The translations under genes were made by a program, and so were the position numbers. Source: a bacterium (GTDB lineage Bacteria > Bacillota_I > Bacilli_A > RF39 > UBA660). Taken from it: a stretch of 64,000 bases of DNA. Within the stretch, counting starts at the first letter, position 1. Every line of letters starts with the position of its first letter. The notes below the pieces were generated by a model. It was given only the letters and a program-made list of their open reading frames with translations, ran no database searches and had not been told where the DNA came from. The stretch lies in the NCBI GenBank assembly GCA_022779465.1, contig JALFTB010000001.1, forward strand, positions 3,824 to 67,823. The letters run 5' to 3'. Positions 42,440 to 50,589 of this stretch are shown here, piece after piece.

Positions 42440-43532
42440 ATTTCTTTACCTCTACTTTCTTGTTGGATATTTTTATTACACTACAATCTTTTAAAAGTTT
42501 TTTATTTACTTTATCAATATCAGTTGTAGTTATAAATATTTGAAAACTTTTTTTAAAATTAGCAATTAAGGTATTAATTTTTTTATTATCTAATTCACTA
42601 AATAAATCATCTAAAATTAAAATTGGAGTTTTACCAGTATTGTTAATACAATATTTTATTTCTGCTAATTTAAATGATATAATGGCATTTTTTTGTTCTC
42701 CTTCAGATAAATAATTTTTTGCTTCTTTGCCGTTTTCTAGTTCAAAGATAAAATCATCTAAGTGAATTCCAACGTGGGTCATACCATAATTTAAATCTCT
42801 TTTAAAACTTCTAGTGTATTCTTTTATTAAATCATCTTTGGTTTTATCATTATAATGAGATACATAATTAATTTTAAGATTTGATTTTTTTACTGATTTA
42901 TAAAATATTGGTTCTAAATATTCATTTATTTCATCAATATATTGTTTTCTGATATGATTTATTTTTAATCCGATATCAATTAATTTATCCGTCATTATAT
43001 CTAAATAATCTTTTGGTATAGTACTGTTAATAAGCATCGATTTTAAATACATATTACGTTGTTTCATGATTTTGTTGTAAATACTTAATAATTTTAAATA
43101 TTCATTATTAAATTCTGATAACTCCATATTTATTAGTTTACGATGAGTACTAGGATTGTCTTTAATCAATTTTGAGTCTTCTCTATTAAATAACACAACA
43201 TTTAATTTAGATATATAATCACTAATTTTAGTTACTGAAGAATTATCAATTTTAATATTTTTACCCTTTTTGTTAATGACAATTTTATAATTATTATAAA
43301 TTTTATCTTTAATTCTTCCTTCAATAACGGCAAATTCGTTATTATCTTTAATTAAATTTTGATCTTCATTAGTTCTAAATGATTTTGTTAAAGCTAAATA
43401 ATAGATTGCTTCAACTATATTTGTTTTTCCGACTCCATTGTTACCTATTATAATATTTTTATAATCTGAAAAATTTAAATCTAATTTATCATATGAACGA
43501 AAATTTGTAAGTTTTAGATTAGTGATTTTCAT
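42432..43532 (-). CDS. recF: DNA replication and repair protein RecF
   Basis: The N-terminus [14 protein letters not shown] has a Walker A (GNNGVGKTN). It overlaps gyrB by 8 nt. Confidence 0.9.
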   Translation of the reverse strand: MKITNLKLTNFRSYDKLDLNFSDYKNIIIGNNGVGKTNIVEAIYYLALTKSFRTNEDQNLIKDNNEFAVIEGRIKDKIYNNYKIVINKKGKNIKIDNSSVTKISDYISKLNVVLFNREDSKLIKDNPSTHRKLINMELSEFNNEYLKLLSIYNKIMKQRNMYLKSMLINSTIPKDYLDIMTDKLIDIGLKINHIRKQYIDEINEYLEPIFYKSVKKSNLKINYVSHYNDKTKDDLIKEYTRSFKRDLNYGMTHVGIHLDDFIFELENGKEAKNYLSEGEQKNAIISFKLAEIKYCINNTGKTPILILDDLFSELDNKKINTLIANFKKSFQIFITTTDIDKVNKKLLKDCSVIKISNKKVEVKKYE

Positions 43533-43629
43533 TTTAAACCCTCTTTTAAAGTCATATATTAATAAAATAGGTATATCTGTGTCCCTATACCTATTTAATT
43601 ATATCATAAAATAAACTATGTTTAAACAA

Positions 43630-44079
43630 TTATTTACCCTTTTTTCGGTTTTTAAAAGCTGTTTCTAATGATAAAGATTTTAAATATTGATTTTGAATAA
43701 TTCTATATGAAGTATCTATTTCTATACATTCATTATTTAAAAATTCGATTATGCTTTTTTCGGATTTAGAATGAACTTTTTTGATGTTATTTACGTTGAT
43801 CCACGCACAATCTTTTAGTCTTGGTGAACAAGTTGGAAAAAATATAATGCTTTTATCTTCTTCAACTATAATTGGCGCTTTATAGTTAAAACCAGTTAAT
43901 GAATATGTGCCTTGAATTCGTCCAGAAATACTACTTCCGTAATATTTACAGTTAGAATCCATTATTTTTAGGATTTTTTCATCAACAATATAACATTCAT
44001 GGTCTTCATAAATTACAGTTTTCTTTTTTCCAATTGGTATTAATGCAAGCGTATTTTTGTTAATTTCATAATCTTTCAT
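43630..44079 (-). CDS. comK: ComK-family transcription factor
   Basis: The product aligns along its length with B. subtilis ComK. Matching segments include YEINKNTLALIPIG, NCKYYGSSISGRIQGTYSLTGFNYKAPIIVEEDKSIIFFPTCSPRLKDCAWINVNN and SYRIIQNQYLKSLSLETAFKNR. It is 149 aa, shorter at the C-terminus than ComK (192 aa). Confidence 0.8.
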   Translation of the reverse strand: MKDYEINKNTLALIPIGKKKTVIYEDHECYIVDEKILKIMDSNCKYYGSSISGRIQGTYSLTGFNYKAPIIVEEDKSIIFFPTCSPRLKDCAWINVNNIKKVHSKSEKSIIEFLNNECIEIDTSYRIIQNQYLKSLSLETAFKNRKKGK

Positions 44080-44117
44080 AACTTCACCCCCTGTTGGGAT
44101 ACAATTAAAACACTTTT

Positions 44118-44150
44118 TTTTGTCGAAATTTGTCGAATTTTGTCGAAAAT
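44118..44150 (-). promoter_or_regulatory. three tandem Spo0A-box repeats (TGTCGAA) at 10 bp phasing in the comK-like promoter region
   Basis: TTTGTCGAAA repeats sit at 44121-27, 44131-37 and 44141-47. All are perfect 0A-box heptamers in direct orientation, 40-70 bp upstream of the comK-like ATG. Confidence 0.6.
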
Positions 44151-44160
44151 TATGATTTTT

Positions 44161-44190
44161 TGCAAAAAAAAATGAGTTTTTGGCTCATTT
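44161..44190 (-). terminator. dnaN rho-independent terminator
   Basis: The minus-strand stem AAUGAG-CCAAAAA-CUCAUU is followed by a U9 run and abuts the dnaN stop. Confidence 0.65.
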
Positions 44191-45305
44191 TAATATGTTT
44201 TGATAGGTAAAATTAATTGAATTAGTGTTTCATCTTTAGCAGATTTTAAAATTATTGGACTTGAATCATTATTTAAGAAGATAATTAATTCTTCATCTTC
44301 AAAAGTTTTTAAAGCGTCAATCATATATTTTGAACTAAATGATATTGAAATATCTTGTTCATTTGATTTATTTATTAAAATACTTTCTTCTGATTTACCA
44401 ATTTCACTAGCATAAGAAGAAATTAATAATTCTGTGTTATTTGTTTCCATTTTAATGATATTTTTATCTTTATTTTGTGTTAATAAAGCTGCTCTATCTA
44501 TAGCATTGTAATAATCATTTAATGATGTTGTTATAACAAATTCAAATTTTGTTGGGATTAAATTGTTAGTATTTGGATAACTACCACTTAATAAACTAGA
44601 TTGGAAGATATAATTCATGTATTTAAATACTATTTTGTTATTAAATACATGGATTTCCACATCAGATTCATCTGTGATTAATTTATCTAATTCATTAATA
44701 TTTTTTCCTGGAATTACAATATCACGTGAATCATATGCATTATCTAATGTAATTGTTTTTTTAGCTAAACGATATGAGTCAGTTGCAACACATTCCATAA
44801 CATTTCCATTAATTTTTAAGTTAATTCCCGTTAAAATAGGTCTTGATTCTTGAGTTGAAACTGCAAATAATGTTTTATTAATTGCTTGTTTTAATGTAGT
44901 ACTGTTAATAACTATTGGGTTTTCCACTTCTTCTAAATTAATATCAGGATAATCAGCAGTATCTAAACAATTTAAATTATATATAGTTTTATCAGTACTA
45001 ATTATAATTTTTAATCCGTCTATAACTTCAATGTTGATATCTCCATTTGGTAATTTTCTAATTATCTCTAATAAATATTTACTTTGAATAACTATTTTTC
45101 CAGGAATAGCTATATTTTTGATTTTTTCTTTTGGGATAAAGTTTCTAATAGTTAAATCACTATCACTTGCTGTTAAGTATAAGCCCTCTTCTCTTAAATC
45201 AAACATAACTCCATTTAATATAGGAATAATATTCTTAGGAGAAATGGCTCTCATTACATTTGTTAAACTTTCTAATAAAACGTTTTTTTCAATTAATAAT
45301 TTCAT
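44190..45305 (-). CDS. dnaN: DNA polymerase III beta sliding clamp
   Basis: The N-terminus is MKLLIEKNVLLESLTNVMRAI and the 371 aa product has the three-domain clamp length. Confidence 0.95.
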   Translation of the reverse strand: MKLLIEKNVLLESLTNVMRAISPKNIIPILNGVMFDLREEGLYLTASDSDLTIRNFIPKEKIKNIAIPGKIVIQSKYLLEIIRKLPNGDINIEVIDGLKIIISTDKTIYNLNCLDTADYPDINLEEVENPIVINSTTLKQAINKTLFAVSTQESRPILTGINLKINGNVMECVATDSYRLAKKTITLDNAYDSRDIVIPGKNINELDKLITDESDVEIHVFNNKIVFKYMNYIFQSSLLSGSYPNTNNLIPTKFEFVITTSLNDYYNAIDRAALLTQNKDKNIIKMETNNTELLISSYASEIGKSEESILINKSNEQDISISFSSKYMIDALKTFEDEELIIFLNNDSSPIILKSAKDETLIQLILPIKTY

Positions 45306-45418
45306 TTTTATTCCTTCTTTCTAATTATTATTATTATTACAGTTGAAAATGTGGAAAACTAAATTAACCTCCCTATTTATAAGGATTATTTGATGTTTAT
45401 TATTTTTAGTTATTAGAA
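45306..45418. promoter_or_regulatory. oriC segment between dnaA and dnaN (DnaA box plus AT-rich spacer)
   Basis: A DnaA box variant TGTGGAAAA sits at 45350-45358. The region is AT-rich with ATT repeats (ttattattattattac). Confidence 0.5.
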
Positions 45419-46789
45419 CTAATTAACAATTTTATTTTTAATTTCTTCTAATGTTTCTTTAAGTTCCATATTTGTTTTTAATTCAGTACTGATTTTTTCA
45501 TAAGCGTGTAATACAGTTGAATGATCTCGATTACCAAATTCTAATCCTATTTTAACGATTGTTTCTTCTGTTGTCATTCGGCAAAGATATATGGCAATTT
45601 GTCTAGGATAATTAATATTTGCAGTTCTTTTTTTACTTTTTAAGTCCTCTACCGTTATTTTGTAGTGGTCTGCTACTGCTTTTTGAATTCTTTGAATATC
45701 ATTTGTTATATATATTGATTTTCCTAAATAATCTTTTAAAGCTTCAACTGCAAATTCCAAGTTAATTTCTTTAGGTCCCATCATTGCTGCATATGCATAA
45801 AGTCTTGTTATAGCACCTTCTAAATGTCTTACATCGTTTTCACAATTAGATGCAATATATTCTATAACGTCGTTTTTAACTAGTCTTGCAACTTCATGAC
45901 CAGTCATTTTTGCTTTTAAAATCTTACATCTTAGTTCAAAATCTGGTGGATCAATATTAACTGTTAATCCCCATCTAAATCTTGTTAATAACCTGTCTTC
46001 TAAATATTTAAGGTCATCTGGTGATTTATCCGAACTTATAATAATTTGTTTATTTGAATCATATAATGTTGTAAAAGTGTGGAAAAATTCTTGTTGAGAT
46101 TTTGCAGCTCCTGATAGGAATTGAATATCATCTATCATTAAAATGTCGATATTTCGGTATTTTTCCTTAAAGTGATCAATTATATCATTATTATTATCAT
46201 TTTCATCTTTAATATCTTTACGATTTATTCCAATAAAATCTGAAATAAATTCTTCACTTGTTACGTATAAAACTGTTTTATTTGTATGACTTTCAATATA
46301 ATTACCGATTGCATGCATTAAATGGGTTTTACCTAGTCCACTTTTTCCGTATATAAATAATGGATTATAGATTTTTCCGGGTTGTTCTGCGACTGCAAGT
46401 GCTGCAGTTTGTGCAAATCTGTTACTATCCCCTATTACAAAGTTTTCAAAAGTATATTTTTCGTTTAAATTTGAATTTATTTTTTTATATTGTTTATCAA
46501 CTATGTTAAGATTATTGTTTATTTCTGGGCTTTCTTCCACATTTTTTTTAGTAGTAAAATTAAGATTATAATTTTCTCCTGTGATAGCAAATACAATTTC
46601 ATGAATAAAATCGTAATAATATTGATTTAAATAGTCTGACGTAAATACTGAATCTGCTTCAATATTCATTGTGATACCTTCAATAGATTTTAATTTAGTT
46701 TCTGCAAACCAGGAATTAAATGATATATCAGGTACTTTACTTTGAATAACATTTAAAACATTAGTCCATAGTTCATCATAATTCTGCAT
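45419..46789 (-). CDS. dnaA: chromosomal replication initiator DnaA
   Basis: An AAA+ core (GKSGLGKTHL) is followed by a C-terminal DnaA-box binding domain. The start is taken at the internal MQNYDELWTNVL, which has a GGGTGAGGAA RBS. The ORF-track N-terminal extension is spurious. Confidence 0.95.
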   Translation of the reverse strand: MQNYDELWTNVLNVIQSKVPDISFNSWFAETKLKSIEGITMNIEADSVFTSDYLNQYYYDFIHEIVFAITGENYNLNFTTKKNVEESPEINNNLNIVDKQYKKINSNLNEKYTFENFVIGDSNRFAQTAALAVAEQPGKIYNPLFIYGKSGLGKTHLMHAIGNYIESHTNKTVLYVTSEEFISDFIGINRKDIKDENDNNNDIIDHFKEKYRNIDILMIDDIQFLSGAAKSQQEFFHTFTTLYDSNKQIIISSDKSPDDLKYLEDRLLTRFRWGLTVNIDPPDFELRCKILKAKMTGHEVARLVKNDVIEYIASNCENDVRHLEGAITRLYAYAAMMGPKEINLEFAVEALKDYLGKSIYITNDIQRIQKAVADHYKITVEDLKSKKRTANINYPRQIAIYLCRMTTEETIVKIGLEFGNRDHSTVLHAYEKISTELKTNMELKETLEEIKNKIVN

Positions 46790-47030
46790 TTCCTCACCCA
46801 CCTTAGTTTGCTTTCTTAAGTTAATTTTAAAACAATCCTGTGGAAAAATAAAGAATAAAAATGAAAAATTTGTTTTTCCAAAGTTTTTCCACAGCTTTAT
46901 CAACAAAACTCACCCTATTTTATCGCACTAAAAACACTTTTTCAACATTTTCCACAAAATAAAATTAACATTAATTTTTGAAATCCACATTTTCCAATTT
47001 TTGTAAAAAATGTGGAAAAATATTTGGCTG
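46790..47030. promoter_or_regulatory. oriC DnaA-box cluster upstream of dnaA
   Basis: TGTGGAAAA or TTTTCCACA-type boxes lie at 46839-47, 46885-93, 46948-56, 46981-89 and 47011-19. Confidence 0.65.
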
Positions 47031-47075
47031 AAATAAAATTATTATTTTTTGACTCAGTGAATATGATATTTATGG

Positions 47076-47109
47076 TTGACTTAAAAAAATTTATATAATA
47101 TAATAAGAG
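47076..47109 (+). promoter_or_regulatory. rpmH promoter
   Basis: It reads TTGACT-N17-TATAAT, 26 bp upstream of the rpmH ATG. Confidence 0.55.
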
Positions 47110-47134
47110 CGCCGATTGAAATGGAGGTGTGAAT

Positions 47135-47257
47135 ATGAAAAGAACATTTCAACCAAATAATCGTAAAGCAAAGAAAAAACAAGGATTTTTTGCTAGAGTG
47201 AAAACTAAAATTTTAAATAATCGTAGAAGAAAAGGACGCAAAAGATTAAGTAAATAG
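47135..47257 (+). CDS. rpmH: 50S ribosomal protein L34
   Basis: The product MKRTFQPNNRKAKKKQGFFARVKTKILNNRRRKGRKRLSK has a GGAGG RBS. It is below the ORF-track size cutoff. Confidence 0.9.
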   Translation: MKRTFQPNNRKAKKKQGFFARVKTKILNNRRRKGRKRLSK

Positions 47258-47294
47258 GCCACGTTAAGTGGTTTTTATTCTAATTGGAGGAAAT

Positions 47295-47621
47295 ATGAAT
47301 AATAACATTAGAGTAAAAGATAAAAGAGAATTTGAAGATATTTTATTTAATAGCAAGAAAATAAAAAATAATTATTATATTATATATTATAAGGAAAGAA
47401 AAAATGATTCTTCAAGATATGGAATTACTTTTGAAAAAAAATTTGGTAAAGCTTATAAACGTAATTTATTTAAAAGAAGATTAAGGGAAATTATTAGAAT
47501 TAATCAAAATATGTTTTCAAAAGAGTTTGATTATATTATAATAATAAGGAAATATTGTGATGTTTTGAATTATCAAGAAATGAATAATTTCTTTGTTAAC
47601 TTGATGAAAGAGGCGAAATAA
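47295..47621 (+). CDS. rnpA: ribonuclease P protein component
   Basis: The RnpA pattern (FGITFEKKFGKAYKRNLFKRRLREI) is present. The start is taken at MNNNIRV, which has a GGAGG RBS. Confidence 0.85.
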   Translation: MNNNIRVKDKREFEDILFNSKKIKNNYYIIYYKERKNDSSRYGITFEKKFGKAYKRNLFKRRLREIIRINQNMFSKEFDYIIIIRKYCDVLNYQEMNNFFVNLMKEAK

Positions 47622-48550
47622 TGAAAATAAAAAAAATAATATTAATCTTCATAGCTTGTTTTTGTTTAACTGGTTGTACTAAGTATATAAGTGATGACAA
47701 TAATAAAAGAATTATTAATGAAGAAACAGGACAAAGTTTACCATCAAATATATTATGTAAACCAACAACTAGTGAATTAGATGAAATTTATAACAAATAT
47801 AAAGATAAATTAGAAGTAGATTTAGATAAGCTTCCAGAATGTGAAAATTTAAAATATTATGATTCTAATAATTACAATGGTTTATGGGTACAATTAATTG
47901 TTATGCCACTTGCTTGGTTAATTATTAAAATTGGTAATTTTTTAGGTAACTATGGTTTATCTGTTATGGCTGTAGGATTACTTATAAGAATTATATTAAT
48001 TCCATTTACTAGAAAAACAATTAAACAATCAGAAAATATGAAAAAAGCTCAACCAGAAATGGAAAGACTTGAAAAGAAATATGCCAATAAAAATGATCAA
48101 GAATCATTAATGATGAAGAGTCAAGAAATGCTGATGATTTATAAAAAATATAATATTAGTCCTTTTGGTAGTTGCTTAATCTCATTTATTCAACTTCCTT
48201 TATTCTTTGGATTCTTAGAAGCCATAAATAGAATACCAGCAATATTTGAAGGTGATTTAGGTGCTTATCAATTAGGAACTACGCCTTTAATTGGTATTAA
48301 AATGGGTAATTATTTCTATATTGTATTAATCTTATTAATTATTTTAACAACATATTTATCATTTAAATTTAGTATGAGTTCTATGGGTAATGCAGATCAA
48401 CAAAAACAAATGAAAATGATGACTGGATTTATGTTAGTATTTATTTCAATTGCATCATTTAGCTTACCAACTGCCATTGCTTTATATTGGGTAGTAACTA
48501 ATGGATTCAGTGTTGTTCAAAATTTAATTATGAAAAGAGGTAAAATGTAG
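47621..48550 (+). CDS. yidC: membrane protein insertase YidC/SpoIIIJ (lipoprotein type)
   Basis: It has a lipobox (LTGC) and five TM helices. It lies downstream of rnpA. Confidence 0.85.
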   Translation: MKIKKIILIFIACFCLTGCTKYISDDNNKRIINEETGQSLPSNILCKPTTSELDEIYNKYKDKLEVDLDKLPECENLKYYDSNNYNGLWVQLIVMPLAWLIIKIGNFLGNYGLSVMAVGLLIRIILIPFTRKTIKQSENMKKAQPEMERLEKKYANKNDQESLMMKSQEMLMIYKKYNISPFGSCLISFIQLPLFFGFLEAINRIPAIFEGDLGAYQLGTTPLIGIKMGNYFYIVLILLIILTTYLSFKFSMSSMGNADQQKQMKMMTGFMLVFISIASFSLPTAIALYWVVTNGFSVVQNLIMKRGKM

Positions 48551-48551
48551 T

Positions 48552-49163
48552 ATGGAAGTATATGTTTATGAAGGAAAAAAAGAAGAAGAGGTTTTAACAA
48601 AGGCTTTAACTGATTTAAATGTCACTGAAAATGATATTTTGTTAAAGAAAGAAAAAAATAAAGGTGGATTATTTAAATCAGAAACATATAAATTAACTAT
48701 TGTTAAAATAACTGATATACAAGAAGAAATAAAAACATTTTTAAAAGATTTATTAAATAAAATGGATATTGATGTAACATTTGAATCTAATATAAGAGAA
48801 AAACAAATTACAATTAAAATGTTTTCTGATAATAATGCAATTTTAATTGGTAAAAACGGTCAAACTTTAAGTGCTTTATCAACTATAGTTAAACAATATA
48901 TTTATAATCAAATTGGCCAATATCCATATATAAATTTAGATGTTGAAAACTATAAAGATAAACAAATTATGCATTTAGAAAGACTAGCTAAGAATATCGC
49001 TAGAGAAGTTAGAAATACTAAACAACCAGTAACTATGGAAAATATGAATTCTTATGAAAGAAGAATTGTTCATAATGTATTAACTAACTTTAAGGGTGTT
49101 ATTACTGAAAGTGAAGGCGAGGAGCCTAATAGACATGTCGTTGTAAAACCAAAGGAGGATTAA
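48552..49163 (+). CDS. jag: Jag/KhpB RNA-binding protein (KH plus R3H domains)
   Basis: A Jag N-terminal domain, a KH-like middle and a C-terminal R3H (YERRIVHNVL) are present. Confidence 0.8.
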   Translation: MEVYVYEGKKEEEVLTKALTDLNVTENDILLKKEKNKGGLFKSETYKLTIVKITDIQEEIKTFLKDLLNKMDIDVTFESNIREKQITIKMFSDNNAILIGKNGQTLSALSTIVKQYIYNQIGQYPYINLDVENYKDKQIMHLERLAKNIAREVRNTKQPVTMENMNSYERRIVHNVLTNFKGVITESEGEEPNRHVVVKPKED

Positions 49164-49225
49164 CTCCTTTTTTATTTTCATTAAAATCAATGTGTGTTAT
49201 AATACGTGCGAAAGAAGGAAATATT

Positions 49226-50581
49226 ATGAATTCAACAATATGTGCAATCTCAACTGCAACAGGAGTTGGAGCAATCTCAATAATAAGATGCAGTGGGCCA
49301 AATGCGATTGAAATTGTAAACTCAGTTTTTAAAGGAAAAGATTTAACTAAAGTTTTATCACATACTATTAATTATGGACATATCATTTATAATGATGAAA
49401 TAATAGATGAAGTATTAGTTTCAGTGATGAGAGCTCCGAAAACTTTTACAACTGAAGATATTGTTGAAATAAATAGTCATGGTGGGCCAGCAACTACCAA
49501 TAAAATTTTAGAAGTTTTATTACTTTCTGGGTGTAAGTTAGCTGAACCAGGAGAATTTACTAAAAGAGCATTTTTAAATGGAAGAATTGATTTATTAGAA
49601 GCAGAAGCAGTAGGTGATTTAATAAATGCTGAAACTGATAAATCAAGAAAATTAGCAATTAATCAATTAAATGGATCTTTAACTTCTAAAATCCAAGAAC
49701 TAAGAAAAGATATAATTGATTTACAAGCAAATATTGAAGTAAATATAGATTTTCCAGAATATGAAGAGGGCGAAGACTATACTAAAGAAAGTATAAAACC
49801 TAAACTTATAAGTTTAAGTGATTCAATAAATGATTTATTAAAAAATGCTGAAAATAGTAAACTGATAAAACAAGGAATCGACATTGCGTTAGTTGGAAAA
49901 CCGAATGTAGGTAAGAGTAGTATTTTAAATGCATTTTTAGAAGAAGAAAAGGCTATTGTAACTTCTATACCTGGAACAACAAGAGATATAGTTGAGGGCA
50001 GAGTAGTTCTTAATGGAATTATTTTAAATTTAATAGATACAGCTGGTATTAGACAAACCGATGATGTTGTGGAAAAAATTGGCGTAGAAAAGAGTATTAA
50101 TATTTCTGAAAATGCTGATTTGAATATTTTTGTTTGTGATAATTCAACTAAACTTACAAATGAAGAAATTGAAATTTTAAATAAATTAGATTCAAAAAAA
50201 TTGATTATTTTTATTAATAAATCAGATTTAGATTCAAAAATCGATTTAAAAAAGATAGATGGATATAACATTGTTTTTGGTAATACTAAAGATAAGGATG
50301 GACTTAATCAATTAAAGAAAAAAATTACTGAATTGTTTAATTTAAATGTGATTGAGCAGTCAGATTATACTTTCTTATCTAATGCTAGACAAATATCTTT
50401 AATTAAAAGAGTTAAATTAATAGTTAATAATATAATTGATTCATTAAATAATGATTTACCTATAGATGTTTTTACAATTGATTTAAGGGATGCATATGAT
50501 CTTTTAGGTGAAATAATCGGTGAAACGTATAAAGATGATTTATTAGATGAATTATTTTCAAAGTTTTGCTTAGGAAAGTAG
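49226..50581 (+). CDS. mnmE: tRNA modification GTPase MnmE
   Basis: It has a G-domain (GKPNVGKSS, DTAGIR) and the C-terminal CxGK motif (FCLGK). The start is taken at MNSTICAI, which has a GAAGGAAA RBS. Confidence 0.9.
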   Translation: MNSTICAISTATGVGAISIIRCSGPNAIEIVNSVFKGKDLTKVLSHTINYGHIIYNDEIIDEVLVSVMRAPKTFTTEDIVEINSHGGPATTNKILEVLLLSGCKLAEPGEFTKRAFLNGRIDLLEAEAVGDLINAETDKSRKLAINQLNGSLTSKIQELRKDIIDLQANIEVNIDFPEYEEGEDYTKESIKPKLISLSDSINDLLKNAENSKLIKQGIDIALVGKPNVGKSSILNAFLEEEKAIVTSIPGTTRDIVEGRVVLNGIILNLIDTAGIRQTDDVVEKIGVEKSINISENADLNIFVCDNSTKLTNEEIEILNKLDSKKLIIFINKSDLDSKIDLKKIDGYNIVFGNTKDKDGLNQLKKKITELFNLNVIEQSDYTFLSNARQISLIKRVKLIVNNIIDSLNNDLPIDVFTIDLRDAYDLLGEIIGETYKDDLLDELFSKFCLGK

Positions 50582-50589
50582 TGATATAA

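Noticed and set aside
44100-44185. ComK K-boxes (AAAA-N5-TTTT) occur near the comK-like promoter, for example AAAACACTTTTTTTT at 44107-44120.
   Set aside because: In a genome at about 26% GC, A4-N5-T4 patterns occur by chance at high frequency. This is not interpretable without a genome-wide background.
46790-46906. The dnaA ORF extends about 39 codons upstream (MLIKLWKNFGKTNFSFLFF...).
   Set aside because: The extension runs through the DnaA-box cluster. The internal MQNYDELW start has a strong GGGTGAGGAA RBS and matches canonical DnaA N-termini.
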